Below the pieces are notes generated by a model. It searched no databases, was not told the origin of the DNA, and saw nothing but the letters and a program-made list of their open reading frames with translations. From IMG/VR virus record IMGVR_UViG_3300043411_001575, positions 64,001 through 128,000 of that record: 64,000 bases of DNA; one strand, given 5' to 3'. Within the stretch, counting starts at the first letter, position 1, and each line of letters starts with the position of its first letter. Positions 40,218-49,978 of the stretch are shown here, one piece after another. A program made the translations under genes and the position numbers. The stretch comes from a virus.

Positions 40218-40463
40218 ATGAGAACATTGATTTTAGAAGCAAACGTAATTGAAACTAAAAACAGTTACACAATAGACACTACTATTGAAAAAGAATGGGG
40301 AATGAAAAAACCTATAATGAAAAAAATTCTTTACGGGATAGAAATTCAAAAGCCAACTGCATATAGAATTTATAATCATGGAAACGGTTCTTCAAGAACT
40401 TGGGTGTTTGGTGATTTGGAAATAAACCCAGATAGTAGAAGTGTTAAAAAATTGGCAAAGTGA
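40218..40463 (+). CDS. Small cassette protein
   Basis: Same promoter scaffold as unit 37442. Confidence 0.65.
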   Translation: MRTLILEANVIETKNSYTIDTTIEKEWGMKKPIMKKILYGIEIQKPTAYRIYNHGNGSSRTWVFGDLEINPDSRSVKKLAK

Positions 40464-40627
40464 AAAAGAAAAAAGAAACGAGAGGGGGCAAACGCTCCTT
40501 CTCTGGTCGCAGAAAAGCATCATACGAAACTAAAACTATTTCCTTTAGAGTTCGTATTGAATTTGTCGAACCGATTAAAAAGATGGTTAAGGATTATGTT
40601 TCGGAGCGTCTTAAAGGTGACGCATAA
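40460..40627 (+). CDS. RGG-motif/RHH-like regulator (GTG start, not in ORF track)
   Basis: Paralog of 37930-38097. Confidence 0.65.
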   Translation: MKKKKETRGGKRSFSGRRKASYETKTISFRVRIEFVEPIKKMVKDYVSERLKGDA

Positions 40628-40750
40628 CGTTTTGCGTGTATGAGCAGTGGCACTTATACAACGCTTGAATTTGACCACAAAACTTCCTGTGCCATTGCTT
40701 ATACACGCTGTTAGCAGTAGTACGGATTATTAACGAATAAATTAAATAGA

Positions 40751-41545
40751 ATGAGTAATAAAATAGATTTAGATAAATATTATACACCATTGGATAAAGC
40801 TAAATATTGTATTGACAAGGTGTATGAAATTATCGGAGAGAATAATATAAGCGAAGCTATTGAACCAAGCGCAGGTAACGGTAGTTTTAGCTTACAAGTG
40901 CCGACTACTTGTTGGGCTTATGATATTGAACCTGAACACGAAAGTATTATAAAGCAAGATTTCTTGACGTTGGATGTTGATTATCTTTATGGTAGGTTAA
41001 TAATTGGAAACCCACCATTCGGCAGTAGAATGAATTTAGCACAAAAATTTTTCAAAAAAAGTATTGAATTAGGTGACTATGTTGCATTTATATTACCAAT
41101 TAGTCAATTGTGGAATACTAACAGTTTATTTGAATTTGATTTGATTCATAGTGAAGATTTAGGTAAAGTAAAATATAGTGATAGAGATTTACATTGTTGC
41201 TTTAACATTTATAAAAGACCTGAAATTGGATTGAATAACAGACCAAAAAACAAACTAAACTCTGTTAGTATAACAAGACAGGATAGCAAAGGATATGATA
41301 CTATCAATGATTTTGATATAAGAATGTGTTATTGGGGAAATGGGAGTGCTGGAAAAATACTAAAAGAAGGTGAAACTTATAGTGCGGAATACAAGATAAA
41401 AGTAAATGATGAATTTAGAAAAGACGTAATAGATGTTCTTTCTAATATTAATTGGTTTGATGAACTGAATTGTATTGCTATGTTAAAAATTCAACAATTT
41501 CACATAATCAATGTACTGAAAAAGTATGTGCCAAACATTGATTAA
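40751..41545 (+). CDS. N6-adenine DNA methyltransferase, gamma-like motif order
   Basis: DKYYTP, IEPSAGNGSF, IGNPPF. Confidence 0.85.
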   Translation: MSNKIDLDKYYTPLDKAKYCIDKVYEIIGENNISEAIEPSAGNGSFSLQVPTTCWAYDIEPEHESIIKQDFLTLDVDYLYGRLIIGNPPFGSRMNLAQKFFKKSIELGDYVAFILPISQLWNTNSLFEFDLIHSEDLGKVKYSDRDLHCCFNIYKRPEIGLNNRPKNKLNSVSITRQDSKGYDTINDFDIRMCYWGNGSAGKILKEGETYSAEYKIKVNDEFRKDVIDVLSNINWFDELNCIAMLKIQQFHIINVLKKYVPNID

Positions 41546-41620
41546 TAGCACTAACGTAGTATTACTGCTAACGGTTACGGCTTTGTGCAGTGTGGGAAAT
41601 TGAAAAACAAAATTTGAATT

Positions 41621-42424
41621 ATGCAGAAAAGTTTATTTGAAAACGAAATGTTGAATATAGTACAAAAGCCCACATTGCACAAAGCCGATGTTAGCCGCAG
41701 TACATTCTATCAGGGTGATTGTCTTGTGGAAATGGATAAGATTTCCGATAAAAGTGTGGATATGATTTTATGTGATTTGCCTTATGGAACAACAGCTTGC
41801 AAATGGGATAGTGTCATTCCTTTTGAGCCACTTTGGAAGCAATATGAAAGGATTATAAAAGATAACGGGGCAATAGTTTTGACAGCTTCGCAACCATTTA
41901 CAACAATATTAATAAGCAGCAATATAAAGTTATTCAGGTATGAATTAATTTGGCAAAAGGATAAGGCAAGTGGGTTTTTAAATGCTAATAAAATACCATT
42001 GAAAGCACACGAAAACGTTTTAGTATTTTACAAAAAGTTACCTACATATAATCCGCAAAAAACCATTGGTGGGCTGCAAAGGAAAAGGACAAGGAAAAAA
42101 CCAACGCATGAGGTTTTAGGTAAAACTGGTGTAAATGAAAAACACGTTATTTGGCAAGATAACACAAGATACCCTATAAGTGTTTTAGAATTTGATGTAG
42201 ATACTATTAACCACAGTTTGCACCCTACTCAAAAACCAATAGCATTAATGGAATATTTAATAAAAACCTACACCAACGAAGGAGAAACAGTTTTAGATAA
42301 CTGTATGGGTTCAGGAACAACTGGTGTGGCTTGTAAAAAAACAGGTAGGCACTTTATCGGAATAGAAAAGGATGAAAAGTATTTTGAAATTGCCGTTAGC
42401 AGGGTGTCTGCGTATTGCGGCTAA
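41621..42424 (+). CDS. DNA methyltransferase, beta class
   Basis: CDLPY, HPTQKP, LDNCMGSGTT. Confidence 0.9.
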   Translation: MQKSLFENEMLNIVQKPTLHKADVSRSTFYQGDCLVEMDKISDKSVDMILCDLPYGTTACKWDSVIPFEPLWKQYERIIKDNGAIVLTASQPFTTILISSNIKLFRYELIWQKDKASGFLNANKIPLKAHENVLVFYKKLPTYNPQKTIGGLQRKRTRKKPTHEVLGKTGVNEKHVIWQDNTRYPISVLEFDVDTINHSLHPTQKPIALMEYLIKTYTNEGETVLDNCMGSGTTGVACKKTGRHFIGIEKDEKYFEIAVSRVSAYCG

Positions 42425-42485
42425 CGTTTTGCAGATAGGCGTTGTTGCCTCACAAATGATTGATTGAAACACTAAATTTAATAAT

Positions 42486-42827
42486 ATGGGAAATGATAAT
42501 TTAAAAACGGAAAGCAATAACGCCAATGTGCTGTTAGGTGCTGGGTTTGTTTACTTGGTAGAATGTTCATCAGGAAGTTGGGATAGTTACCATTGGTGGG
42601 TTGGAGGAATATTTGAAAAGCAAGAAGATGCTGATAAATATGCACAAAGCTTGAATGATGAAAACAAACGATTAAAAGAGGTTGAATGCTCAATAAAAAC
42701 ACCATTTGAAGATATGACTGATGAAGAAGAAACGGAGTATTACAGGTGGTGGAATGGTAACAATGATGCTATGGAATGGAATGGTGCTAAAGTTAAGCAG
42801 TACCCCATAAACAAACCTTGCACCTAA
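42486..42827 (+). CDS. Cassette hypothetical protein
   Basis: Starts in the hairpin; stop codon is in the TAAC core. Confidence 0.65.
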   Translation: MGNDNLKTESNNANVLLGAGFVYLVECSSGSWDSYHWWVGGIFEKQEDADKYAQSLNDENKRLKEVECSIKTPFEDMTDEEETEYYRWWNGNNDAMEWNGAKVKQYPINKPCT

Positions 42828-42975
42828 CGATTGGGTGTATGAGAAGGTTTGCTTAGATGAACTTTTAAATTTACACAGAATTTTATAGCAAACTTTCTTA
42901 TACACCTTGTTATGTACAGGCACGGTAAATTACCGATGAACTTAATTAAATGAACGAAACTAATAATTTTTAAAA

Positions 42976-43716
42976 ATGTGGGATGGCAAATATGCTTTTG
43001 AAAAAAGCAAAATAATACAAGGAGATAGTTTGGATAAAATAAAATATATACCTAATGGCAGTATTGACTTAATTGTAACTGACCCACCGTATAAAATGAC
43101 GAAACAAGGTAATTCTTGCAGACCAAATTATATGAAAAGTGGAATGGGTGAAAACTTATTTGATGGTGAATTACCAAATACAAAAGAATGGATGAAACTT
43201 TGTTTTGATAAACTAAAAGACGATGCCCATTTCTATGTATTTACCAATATAAATAGTTTGCACGAATACCTTGATGTTGCAAAAGAATGTGGATTTAAAC
43301 TACATAATATTATAAGTATGATTAAAGATACCAAAATGCCTAATAGATGGTATTTAAAATACACTGAATTTGTATTGTTTTTTAGAAAAGGTAAAGCGTT
43401 TCCAATAAACGATATGACAAGTAGAGATTATGAATTTGTTGAAACACCAACATTAAAAAATGGCAAAATACATATATCACAAAAACCATTGAATTTTATT
43501 GAAAAACTAATAACAAATTCATCAAATGAAGGTGAAATATGTTTGGATTTATTTAGTGGAAGCGGAACACTTGCAGAAGCCTGTATAAATACAAATAGAG
43601 ATTTCATTATTATAGAGAAAAACCCAAATGACTTTGAAAAAGGCAAAGAAAGGGTGGGAAAAATTTTTAAAAATTATGGAATTAACATACAACCTTTAAT
43701 CGAAGCACAAATGTAG
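42976..43716 (+). CDS. DNA methyltransferase, beta class (DPPY)
   Basis: TDPPY, HISQKP, LDLFSGSGT. Confidence 0.9.
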   Translation: MWDGKYAFEKSKIIQGDSLDKIKYIPNGSIDLIVTDPPYKMTKQGNSCRPNYMKSGMGENLFDGELPNTKEWMKLCFDKLKDDAHFYVFTNINSLHEYLDVAKECGFKLHNIISMIKDTKMPNRWYLKYTEFVLFFRKGKAFPINDMTSRDYEFVETPTLKNGKIHISQKPLNFIEKLITNSSNEGEICLDLFSGSGTLAEACINTNRDFIIIEKNPNDFEKGKERVGKIFKNYGINIQPLIEAQM

Positions 43717-43910
43717 TGCTTGTACATAACGTTTTCGGGCTTGGCGAAGGTGGGCTTGTAGGATGCTCAATTTTAGCACAATGTGTCTGCCCACTTTTGC
43801 CAAACCCGTGTTATATGAAGTGCCGACTTATTAAGCAGAATTTTAAATTGAAACTATAAACAGAAAAACAAAAAAGAAAAAAAGCGTAGGGAATTTTAAA
43901 AACAAACAAT

Positions 43911-44177
43911 ATGGAAAAGAATTTTATTGAAAAAGCAGAAAAAGAAATTGGTAGAAAATTTGGTTTTTTCATCAGATGTGATGATAAAAACAAACCAACA
44001 GAAGTATTAACCGATATGTACTTTGAACTATGGGAAACAGAAAAGATGAACGAGATTTTATCTTTATGCGAAACACATAATCTTAAATACGATTTTGGTT
44101 TAGAAAGTTTTGATACCAAAATAGATGCTATTGAACAAGAAATATGTATTGTTTCAACTAATTGCGAAAATTCATAA
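43911..44177 (+). CDS. Cassette hypothetical protein
   Basis: Operon with the downstream MTase. Confidence 0.6.
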   Translation: MEKNFIEKAEKEIGRKFGFFIRCDDKNKPTEVLTDMYFELWETEKMNEILSLCETHNLKYDFGLESFDTKIDAIEQEICIVSTNCENS

Positions 44178-44178
44178 A

Positions 44179-44922
44179 ATGGAAGCAAATACGATTTACA
44201 AAGGCGATTGCTTTGAACTTATAAAGCAAATAACAAAAGCAGATAACGTCAAACTTATTATTACAGACCCACCATATTTACATAATAAAGGAGGTGGGAA
44301 AACATCGGGAACAGAGGGTAAAAGTTCAATAGCTAATAGCCCTATGTATAAATTCGATTCATTTATGATGGAAGATATGAGTTCTTTTTTAGAGGAAGAT
44401 GTTTATAATCTATTAGATGAATATAAAAGAATAATGACAAAATTAAACTGCTTTATATTTACTAATGACACTTTGATACCGTATTATACAATGTGGGCAG
44501 TTAAAAACAATAAAAAGTTTACAATTTTAACTTGGGAAAAACCATTGTCGATTTTAAACAGAAATAGATTTAGTCAGAATTTAGAATATGTTGTGAGGAT
44601 TTACGACAATGGAACTGCACTTAATTTAATAGATTTAGAAGCATATCCCGAAAAGAAAAACTACTACTCAAAAAACAGAAGGTTAAATTCGCCTACAAAT
44701 AAGATACACCCAACCCAAAAACCATTAGAATATCTACTTGGATTGATTGAGTTAAATACAAATGAAGGCGATTTAGTATTAGATACGTTTTTTGGTAGTG
44801 GACAAACAGGTAAGGCTTGTCAGATTTTAAATAGAAATTATATCGGTTTTGAAAGAGAAGAAAAGTATGTTGAATTATCAAATAAATATTTACAACAAGG
44901 ATTTGAAAAAACACTATTTTAA
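44179..44922 (+). CDS. DNA methyltransferase, beta class (DPPY)
   Basis: TDPPY, HPTQKP, LDTFFGSG. Confidence 0.9.
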   Translation: MEANTIYKGDCFELIKQITKADNVKLIITDPPYLHNKGGGKTSGTEGKSSIANSPMYKFDSFMMEDMSSFLEEDVYNLLDEYKRIMTKLNCFIFTNDTLIPYYTMWAVKNNKKFTILTWEKPLSILNRNRFSQNLEYVVRIYDNGTALNLIDLEAYPEKKNYYSKNRRLNSPTNKIHPTQKPLEYLLGLIELNTNEGDLVLDTFFGSGQTGKACQILNRNYIGFEREEKYVELSNKYLQQGFEKTLF

Positions 44923-45071
44923 AAGTGTGGTGGCTTTTTTCTTTTTGTTTTTCATTAACGGAACTTCAATTGGAAACGGTCAGCAAGGCATTTCATATAA
45001 CGTTCGAGGGCTTGGCGAAGTGGCTGAACCTGAAGCTAAATAGAATTACTAAACTTAAAAATTAAGAACGA

Positions 45072-45881
45072 ATGATTGATATAATTACTGAACAGCCATT
45101 TTGCCAAACCCGTGTTAGTGGCAGTACTTTTGTGAATGCTGATTGCTTTGATGTTTTTCCTTTTATCGAGGATAAATCAATTGATGCTATTATTTGCGAT
45201 TTGCCCTATGGAACAACTCAATGTAAATGGGATAGCATTATTAATTTAGATTTGATGTGGACGCAATACAACAGAATAATAAAAGATAACGGCATTTTTA
45301 TATTATTTGCAGATGAGCCTTTTACAAGCATATTAATAAATAGTAACATTAAAAATTTTAAGCAAAGAATAACTTGGGATAAACAAATAGCAGGAGGTCA
45401 TTTAAACGCTAAAAAAATGCTATTGAAAAGAACTGAGGATATATGCTTATTTTCAAATGTTAAAAATGGAAAATATACATACAATCCTATTTTAAAAGAT
45501 AAGGATTTTAAAAACATAAGAGATAGAAACGGAGAAAACAGAAAAGAGTTTAAAGGCGGTTATGTAGGGAAACACAATAGTACGTTGAGTAAAGAGCATA
45601 ACAATAAAAAAAGTTACCCAGATAATTTAATTTCCTTTTCAGCAAGAAAAGGCGATTGTAACCCTATAAATAGATTACACCCAACACAAAAACCACTTGA
45701 ATTGATGGAATATCTTATAAAAACCTATACTAATGAGGGCGATTTGGTTTTAGATAACACAATGGGTTCTGGAACAACAATTTTAGCTGCTATAAAAAAT
45801 AATAGAATTGGTATAGGAATTGAAAAGGAAAAACAATATTATGATGTCGCTGTTCGTAGGGCTTCGGAGTATTGCCACTAA
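45072..45881 (+). CDS. DNA methyltransferase, beta class
   Basis: CDLPY, HPTQKP, LDNTMGSGTT. Confidence 0.9.
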   Translation: MIDIITEQPFCQTRVSGSTFVNADCFDVFPFIEDKSIDAIICDLPYGTTQCKWDSIINLDLMWTQYNRIIKDNGIFILFADEPFTSILINSNIKNFKQRITWDKQIAGGHLNAKKMLLKRTEDICLFSNVKNGKYTYNPILKDKDFKNIRDRNGENRKEFKGGYVGKHNSTLSKEHNNKKSYPDNLISFSARKGDCNPINRLHPTQKPLELMEYLIKTYTNEGDLVLDNTMGSGTTILAAIKNNRIGIGIEKEKQYYDVAVRRASEYCH

Positions 45882-45952
45882 CGTTATCGGGCTTGGCGAA
45901 GTGGCTGAACCCGAAGCTAAATAGAATTACTAAACTTAAAAATTAAAAACGA

Positions 45953-46711
45953 ATGTCAAATAGAATTACAGAACAGCCATTTTGCCAAACCAGTGTTAGT
46001 GGCAGTACTTTTGTAAATGCTGATTGCTTTGATGTTTTTCCTTTTATTGAGGACAAATCAATTGATGCTATTATTTGCGATTTGCCTTATGGAACTACTG
46101 CTTGTAAGTGGGATACAATTATACCATTTGAGCCGCTATGGGAGCAGTACAAGCGAGTGATTAAACCTAATGGTGCGATAGTGCTGTTTAGCAAAGAGCC
46201 ATTTACGTGCATATTGAGAACAAGTGAAATTAAAATTTTTAAGCAACCTCTTATTTGGGATAAGGTTAATTCAGATAACCCTATGCAGGCAAAAAGAAGA
46301 CATCTAAACACTACGGAGGATATTTCTATCTTTTACAAATCTCAATGTACTTATAACCCACAAGGTCTTATAAAGTCAAATATAAAAAAGGGAGGGAAGC
46401 AAGGGATAATGATTGATAGTAGTGGTAAGGAAAAAGAACAATATATTCAAGAGAATACCAATTATCCGAAAAATATATTAGTGTACCCGATAGAAAGAAA
46501 GGCGGTTCATCCAACTCAAAAACCCGAAGCACTCCTGCAATACTTAGTCAAAACCTACACTAACGAAGGCGATATAGTCTTAGATAACTGTATGGGTTCA
46601 GGTACAACAAATCTTGCTTGTTTAAAATTAAATCGCAAATCAATTGGAATAGAAAAGGAAAAACAATATTACGATGTCGCTGTTCGTAGGGCTTCTGAGT
46701 ATTGCCACTAA
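45953..46711 (+). CDS. DNA methyltransferase, beta class
   Basis: CDLPY, HPTQKP, LDNCMGSGTT. Confidence 0.9.
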   Translation: MSNRITEQPFCQTSVSGSTFVNADCFDVFPFIEDKSIDAIICDLPYGTTACKWDTIIPFEPLWEQYKRVIKPNGAIVLFSKEPFTCILRTSEIKIFKQPLIWDKVNSDNPMQAKRRHLNTTEDISIFYKSQCTYNPQGLIKSNIKKGGKQGIMIDSSGKEKEQYIQENTNYPKNILVYPIERKAVHPTQKPEALLQYLVKTYTNEGDIVLDNCMGSGTTNLACLKLNRKSIGIEKEKQYYDVAVRRASEYCH

Positions 46712-46918
46712 CGGTATCCGTATAAGGGAAGTGCGAGGAACGAGCATTTACTTTATACGGTGTTAGCAAAGTGCGTTGGGATTGTGTGTCGGCTCGTTCC
46801 AAAACCATTTATTTTCTTTTTTTTGGGGAGGTTTTGAAAACTTTTTTACTAAAATACTTGCTAAATGACAATTTATATTTATCTTTGAACCATATTAATA
46901 ATCTAAAAACAAAACAAA

Positions 46919-47230
46919 ATGATTTACAAAAAAACACACTATGATAAAAAGGCTTTAAACAGCCACGTTTCAAAAATAAAAGATGCAGGAGGAAATGCAA
47001 TAGTAGATGGATTATCGGTTAGATATTTCTATCCATCCAATACCATTGGTGAAATTAGATTAAAGCATAAGAGTTGGAAGAAAACAGAAAGACAAGAAGT
47101 TTTGTTTATTGTTTTAGTTTCTGAAAAAGATAAAACGCCATACTATTCAGCAATGTATTTCCCGAAATGGGTTGAAATAGGAGGTGTTTATGGAAACAAA
47201 AATGACATAACAATAATCGAAAAGTTTTAA
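46919..47230 (+). CDS. Small cassette protein
   Basis: Lies between promoter and HTH gene. Confidence 0.65.
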   Translation: MIYKKTHYDKKALNSHVSKIKDAGGNAIVDGLSVRYFYPSNTIGEIRLKHKSWKKTERQEVLFIVLVSEKDKTPYYSAMYFPKWVEIGGVYGNKNDITIIEKF

Positions 47231-47232
47231 CT

Positions 47233-47388
47233 ATGAAACTGTCTGTAACAGAATATGCAAAACAGCTTGGCGTAACTCGTCAAGCCGTTTTGTTACAAAT
47301 TAAAGAAAAAAGGTTGCCTAAAAATGTGAAGGTTGAAAAAATCGGAAATACTTATTCTTTAACTGTGGGTGGGCAAAAAAGAAAATAA
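47233..47388 (+). CDS. Small HTH regulator, copy 7
   Basis: MKLSVTEYAKQLGVTRQAVLLQIKEKRLP. Confidence 0.8.
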   Translation: MKLSVTEYAKQLGVTRQAVLLQIKEKRLPKNVKVEKIGNTYSLTVGGQKRK

Positions 47389-47533
47389 ATGGTTTTGGAA
47401 TGTTTGCTAACGTATGGTGCTATGAGCAGGTTTGCCTTGCAGAAATGTTCAAATTTAGCACTAATGTTATTGGCAAACTTGCTTATAGCACGTGTTAGCG
47501 GTAGTTTATTTTTCAAAAATTAAAATTAAAAAT

Positions 47534-47992
47534 ATGGGAACACAAGTAGTAGGAGAAAGTAACAGCGTTGAGTATAGCACTCCGTTGAAAATAGTACAGC
47601 CATTGATAAACGAATTTGGCTTAACAAGAGATGTTTGTGCAAGTGAATTAAACCACAAACTACCCGATTATTGGACAAAAGAAGATAATTCACTTGCTAT
47701 GAATTGGAAAGGTAATTGTTGGATGAACCCACCATTTAGCAGAGATTTGAATAAGTGGGTAAAGAAAGCGTGTAATGATGCTGAAAGGTTTGGAGGAACG
47801 AAAGTTTGTTTAATACCTGTAAGAAGCAATACAAAATGGTGGGCGGAAGTTTGTGTAAAAGCAGAAATTCGTTTTATCAATGGCGAAGTAAATTTTAATG
47901 ATGAAGAACGTGGACTTTGGTTGCCGATGTGTATTATCATTTTCGGTGAGAAGGCAAAGGTTGGCACGTTCTCTGTCTTAAATTACCGCTAA
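47534..47992 (+). CDS. Phage DNA N6-adenine methyltransferase (small phage Dam family)
   Basis: YSTP, DVCAS, WMNPPF, LIPVRSNTKWW. Confidence 0.85.
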   Translation: MGTQVVGESNSVEYSTPLKIVQPLINEFGLTRDVCASELNHKLPDYWTKEDNSLAMNWKGNCWMNPPFSRDLNKWVKKACNDAERFGGTKVCLIPVRSNTKWWAEVCVKAEIRFINGEVNFNDEERGLWLPMCIIIFGEKAKVGTFSVLNYR

Positions 47993-48120
47993 CGTTTTGC
48001 AGCTAACAGAAGGCGGCTTTTTAGCAAACTTAGTACTTGCCGCTTTTTGTTAGCTGCTGTTAGTGGACTGTTAAATTATTAAAAAAGAAAAAAGGAGGGG
48101 TGCGAGGGCATCTAAACATA

Positions 48121-48957
48121 ATGGACAAGAAGAAACTTTTAATTGCTTTTAGTGGTGGAGAAACATCTGCATTTATGGCTCAATGGTTATGGAAACATAA
48201 ACAAGGTGAATACGAAATGTTATTTGCTTTTGCTAATACTGGGGTTGAGAATGAAGAAACTTTAAACTTTGTGCATAAATGCGAAGTTGAATTTGGTATA
48301 AATGTTAATTGGTTGGAAGCAGTAATAGACCAAGAGAAAGGGAAAGGCACAAGGCATAAGATTGTTGATTACAAAACAGCAAGTAGAAACGGACAACCAT
48401 TTGAGGAACTGATAAAGAAATACGGTTTACCAAACCAACAGCGATTTCACTGCACAAGGGAGTTAAAAAATAATACATTGATTTCATTTGCAAAAAGTAT
48501 TTGGGGAAAGGAAAAGTATTATTTAGCAATAGGAATTAGAGTAGATGAATTTGATAGGATGAATGATAAATTTAAAGAGTTGAGAATTGTTTATCCGTTA
48601 ATTTCAGAAATTCCAATGACAAAGCCAAAGATTAATTTTTGGTGGAAACAACAACCGTTTAGATTAGAATTAAAAGGTTATCAAGGGAATTGTGTTACTT
48701 GCTACAAAAAAAGTGATAAAAAATTGTTTCAGATAGCTAAAGAAAATCCAAGTGCATTTGATTTCTTTGATAGAATGGAAGAACAATATGGAGAAGGTAA
48801 GTATCAATTTTTTAGGCAGAACCGAACAGCTAAACAAATTATGGAACAAGCTAAAGAATGGAATGGCAATGTAACCGATGACGCACAAAATGTTACAATA
48901 CAAACAGATTTATTTAGCGAAAGTTGTGAAGCATTTACAAGCGATTGCGGTGTTTAA
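48121..48957 (+). CDS. PAPS reductase-like (PP-loop) protein
   Basis: FSGGETS, FANTG.E, CTRELK, GIRVDE, GNCVTC. Confidence 0.8.
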   Translation: MDKKKLLIAFSGGETSAFMAQWLWKHKQGEYEMLFAFANTGVENEETLNFVHKCEVEFGINVNWLEAVIDQEKGKGTRHKIVDYKTASRNGQPFEELIKKYGLPNQQRFHCTRELKNNTLISFAKSIWGKEKYYLAIGIRVDEFDRMNDKFKELRIVYPLISEIPMTKPKINFWWKQQPFRLELKGYQGNCVTCYKKSDKKLFQIAKENPSAFDFFDRMEEQYGEGKYQFFRQNRTAKQIMEQAKEWNGNVTDDAQNVTIQTDLFSESCEAFTSDCGV

Positions 48958-49088
48958 CCTTTTCACAGTTTTGAAAAAACTGAAAGAGTGCGTGGGCTTT
49001 TTCTTTTTTAATAATTTAATTGCCACTAACGGTTCGCAGGTATATTTAGTTGCGGACTTAGTAACACAAAACTTTAAATTTAGAAGAA

Positions 49089-49445
49089 ATGAAGAAAGAA
49101 GAACAAAACTCGAATGAACCACAAAAACCGCAATTGAATATACCTGCTGTTAGTTGCAGTGTTGTTCATTGCAAGAAAGCACCTTATGATGTTTATATTG
49201 GAAGACCAAGCAAATGGGGTAATCCATTCACACACATAAAAGACGGTAAAACACTTGCAAAACATATTGTAGGTAGTAGAGATGAAGCAGTCGAAGCATA
49301 TCTTGAATGGATTACCAACGGAGAAGGTAAACATTTGATGAGTGATTTACACGAATTGAAAGATAAGGTGCTTGGTTGTTGGTGTCATCCACAATCTTGT
49401 CACGGAGATGTACTTTCGGAGTTGGTTGCTAAACATTGCAACTAA
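49089..49445 (+). CDS. DUF4326-like protein
   Basis: VYIGRPSKWGNPF, LGCWCHPQSCHGDVL. Confidence 0.8.
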   Translation: MKKEEQNSNEPQKPQLNIPAVSCSVVHCKKAPYDVYIGRPSKWGNPFTHIKDGKTLAKHIVGSRDEAVEAYLEWITNGEGKHLMSDLHELKDKVLGCWCHPQSCHGDVLSELVAKHCN

Positions 49446-49488
49446 CGTTTTGCAGGTATATTTAGTGCCGAATTTAAAAACGAAAAAT

Positions 49489-49791
49489 ATGAATTTTATA
49501 CAAAAGTTATTTAAAAGCAGAAAGGTTAATGAACCGATGAACTCGGCATTGAATATACCTGTTGTTATACCTCGTTTATCTTCTGATTGGATAAAATTTG
49601 AGGATGAAAAACCACCACACGAAGTAGTATTAGCTGCTTGCGATACTTATGATTGTGGATGGACTATGGATACTGTTTGGTGGTATGAAGATAAGCAATG
49701 TTGGATGGTTACTGGTGCAGTTAAAAGTACAGAAGCACATTTACCATACACACATTGGCGTAAATTACCACCATTTCCAAATGAGGTATAA
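49489..49791 (+). CDS. DUF551-like phage protein
   Basis: WIKFEDEKPP ... THWRKLP; ATG in the hairpin loop. Confidence 0.65.
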   Translation: MNFIQKLFKSRKVNEPMNSALNIPVVIPRLSSDWIKFEDEKPPHEVVLAACDTYDCGWTMDTVWWYEDKQCWMVTGAVKSTEAHLPYTHWRKLPPFPNEV

Positions 49792-49978
49792 CGTATTGGT
49801 GCTATACGAAGGAGGCGATTATTAGCACTAAATTTGATGCGGAGTACAAATGTTTGTTTAACCACAAATGTTTCTGCGGAGTACCAAACCGCCTCTTTTG
49901 TATAGCACGTGTTATACGCTGGCACGGTTGATTAAACGAGAAACTTAAATTGAAACACAAAACAAAATTTTTATTAAA

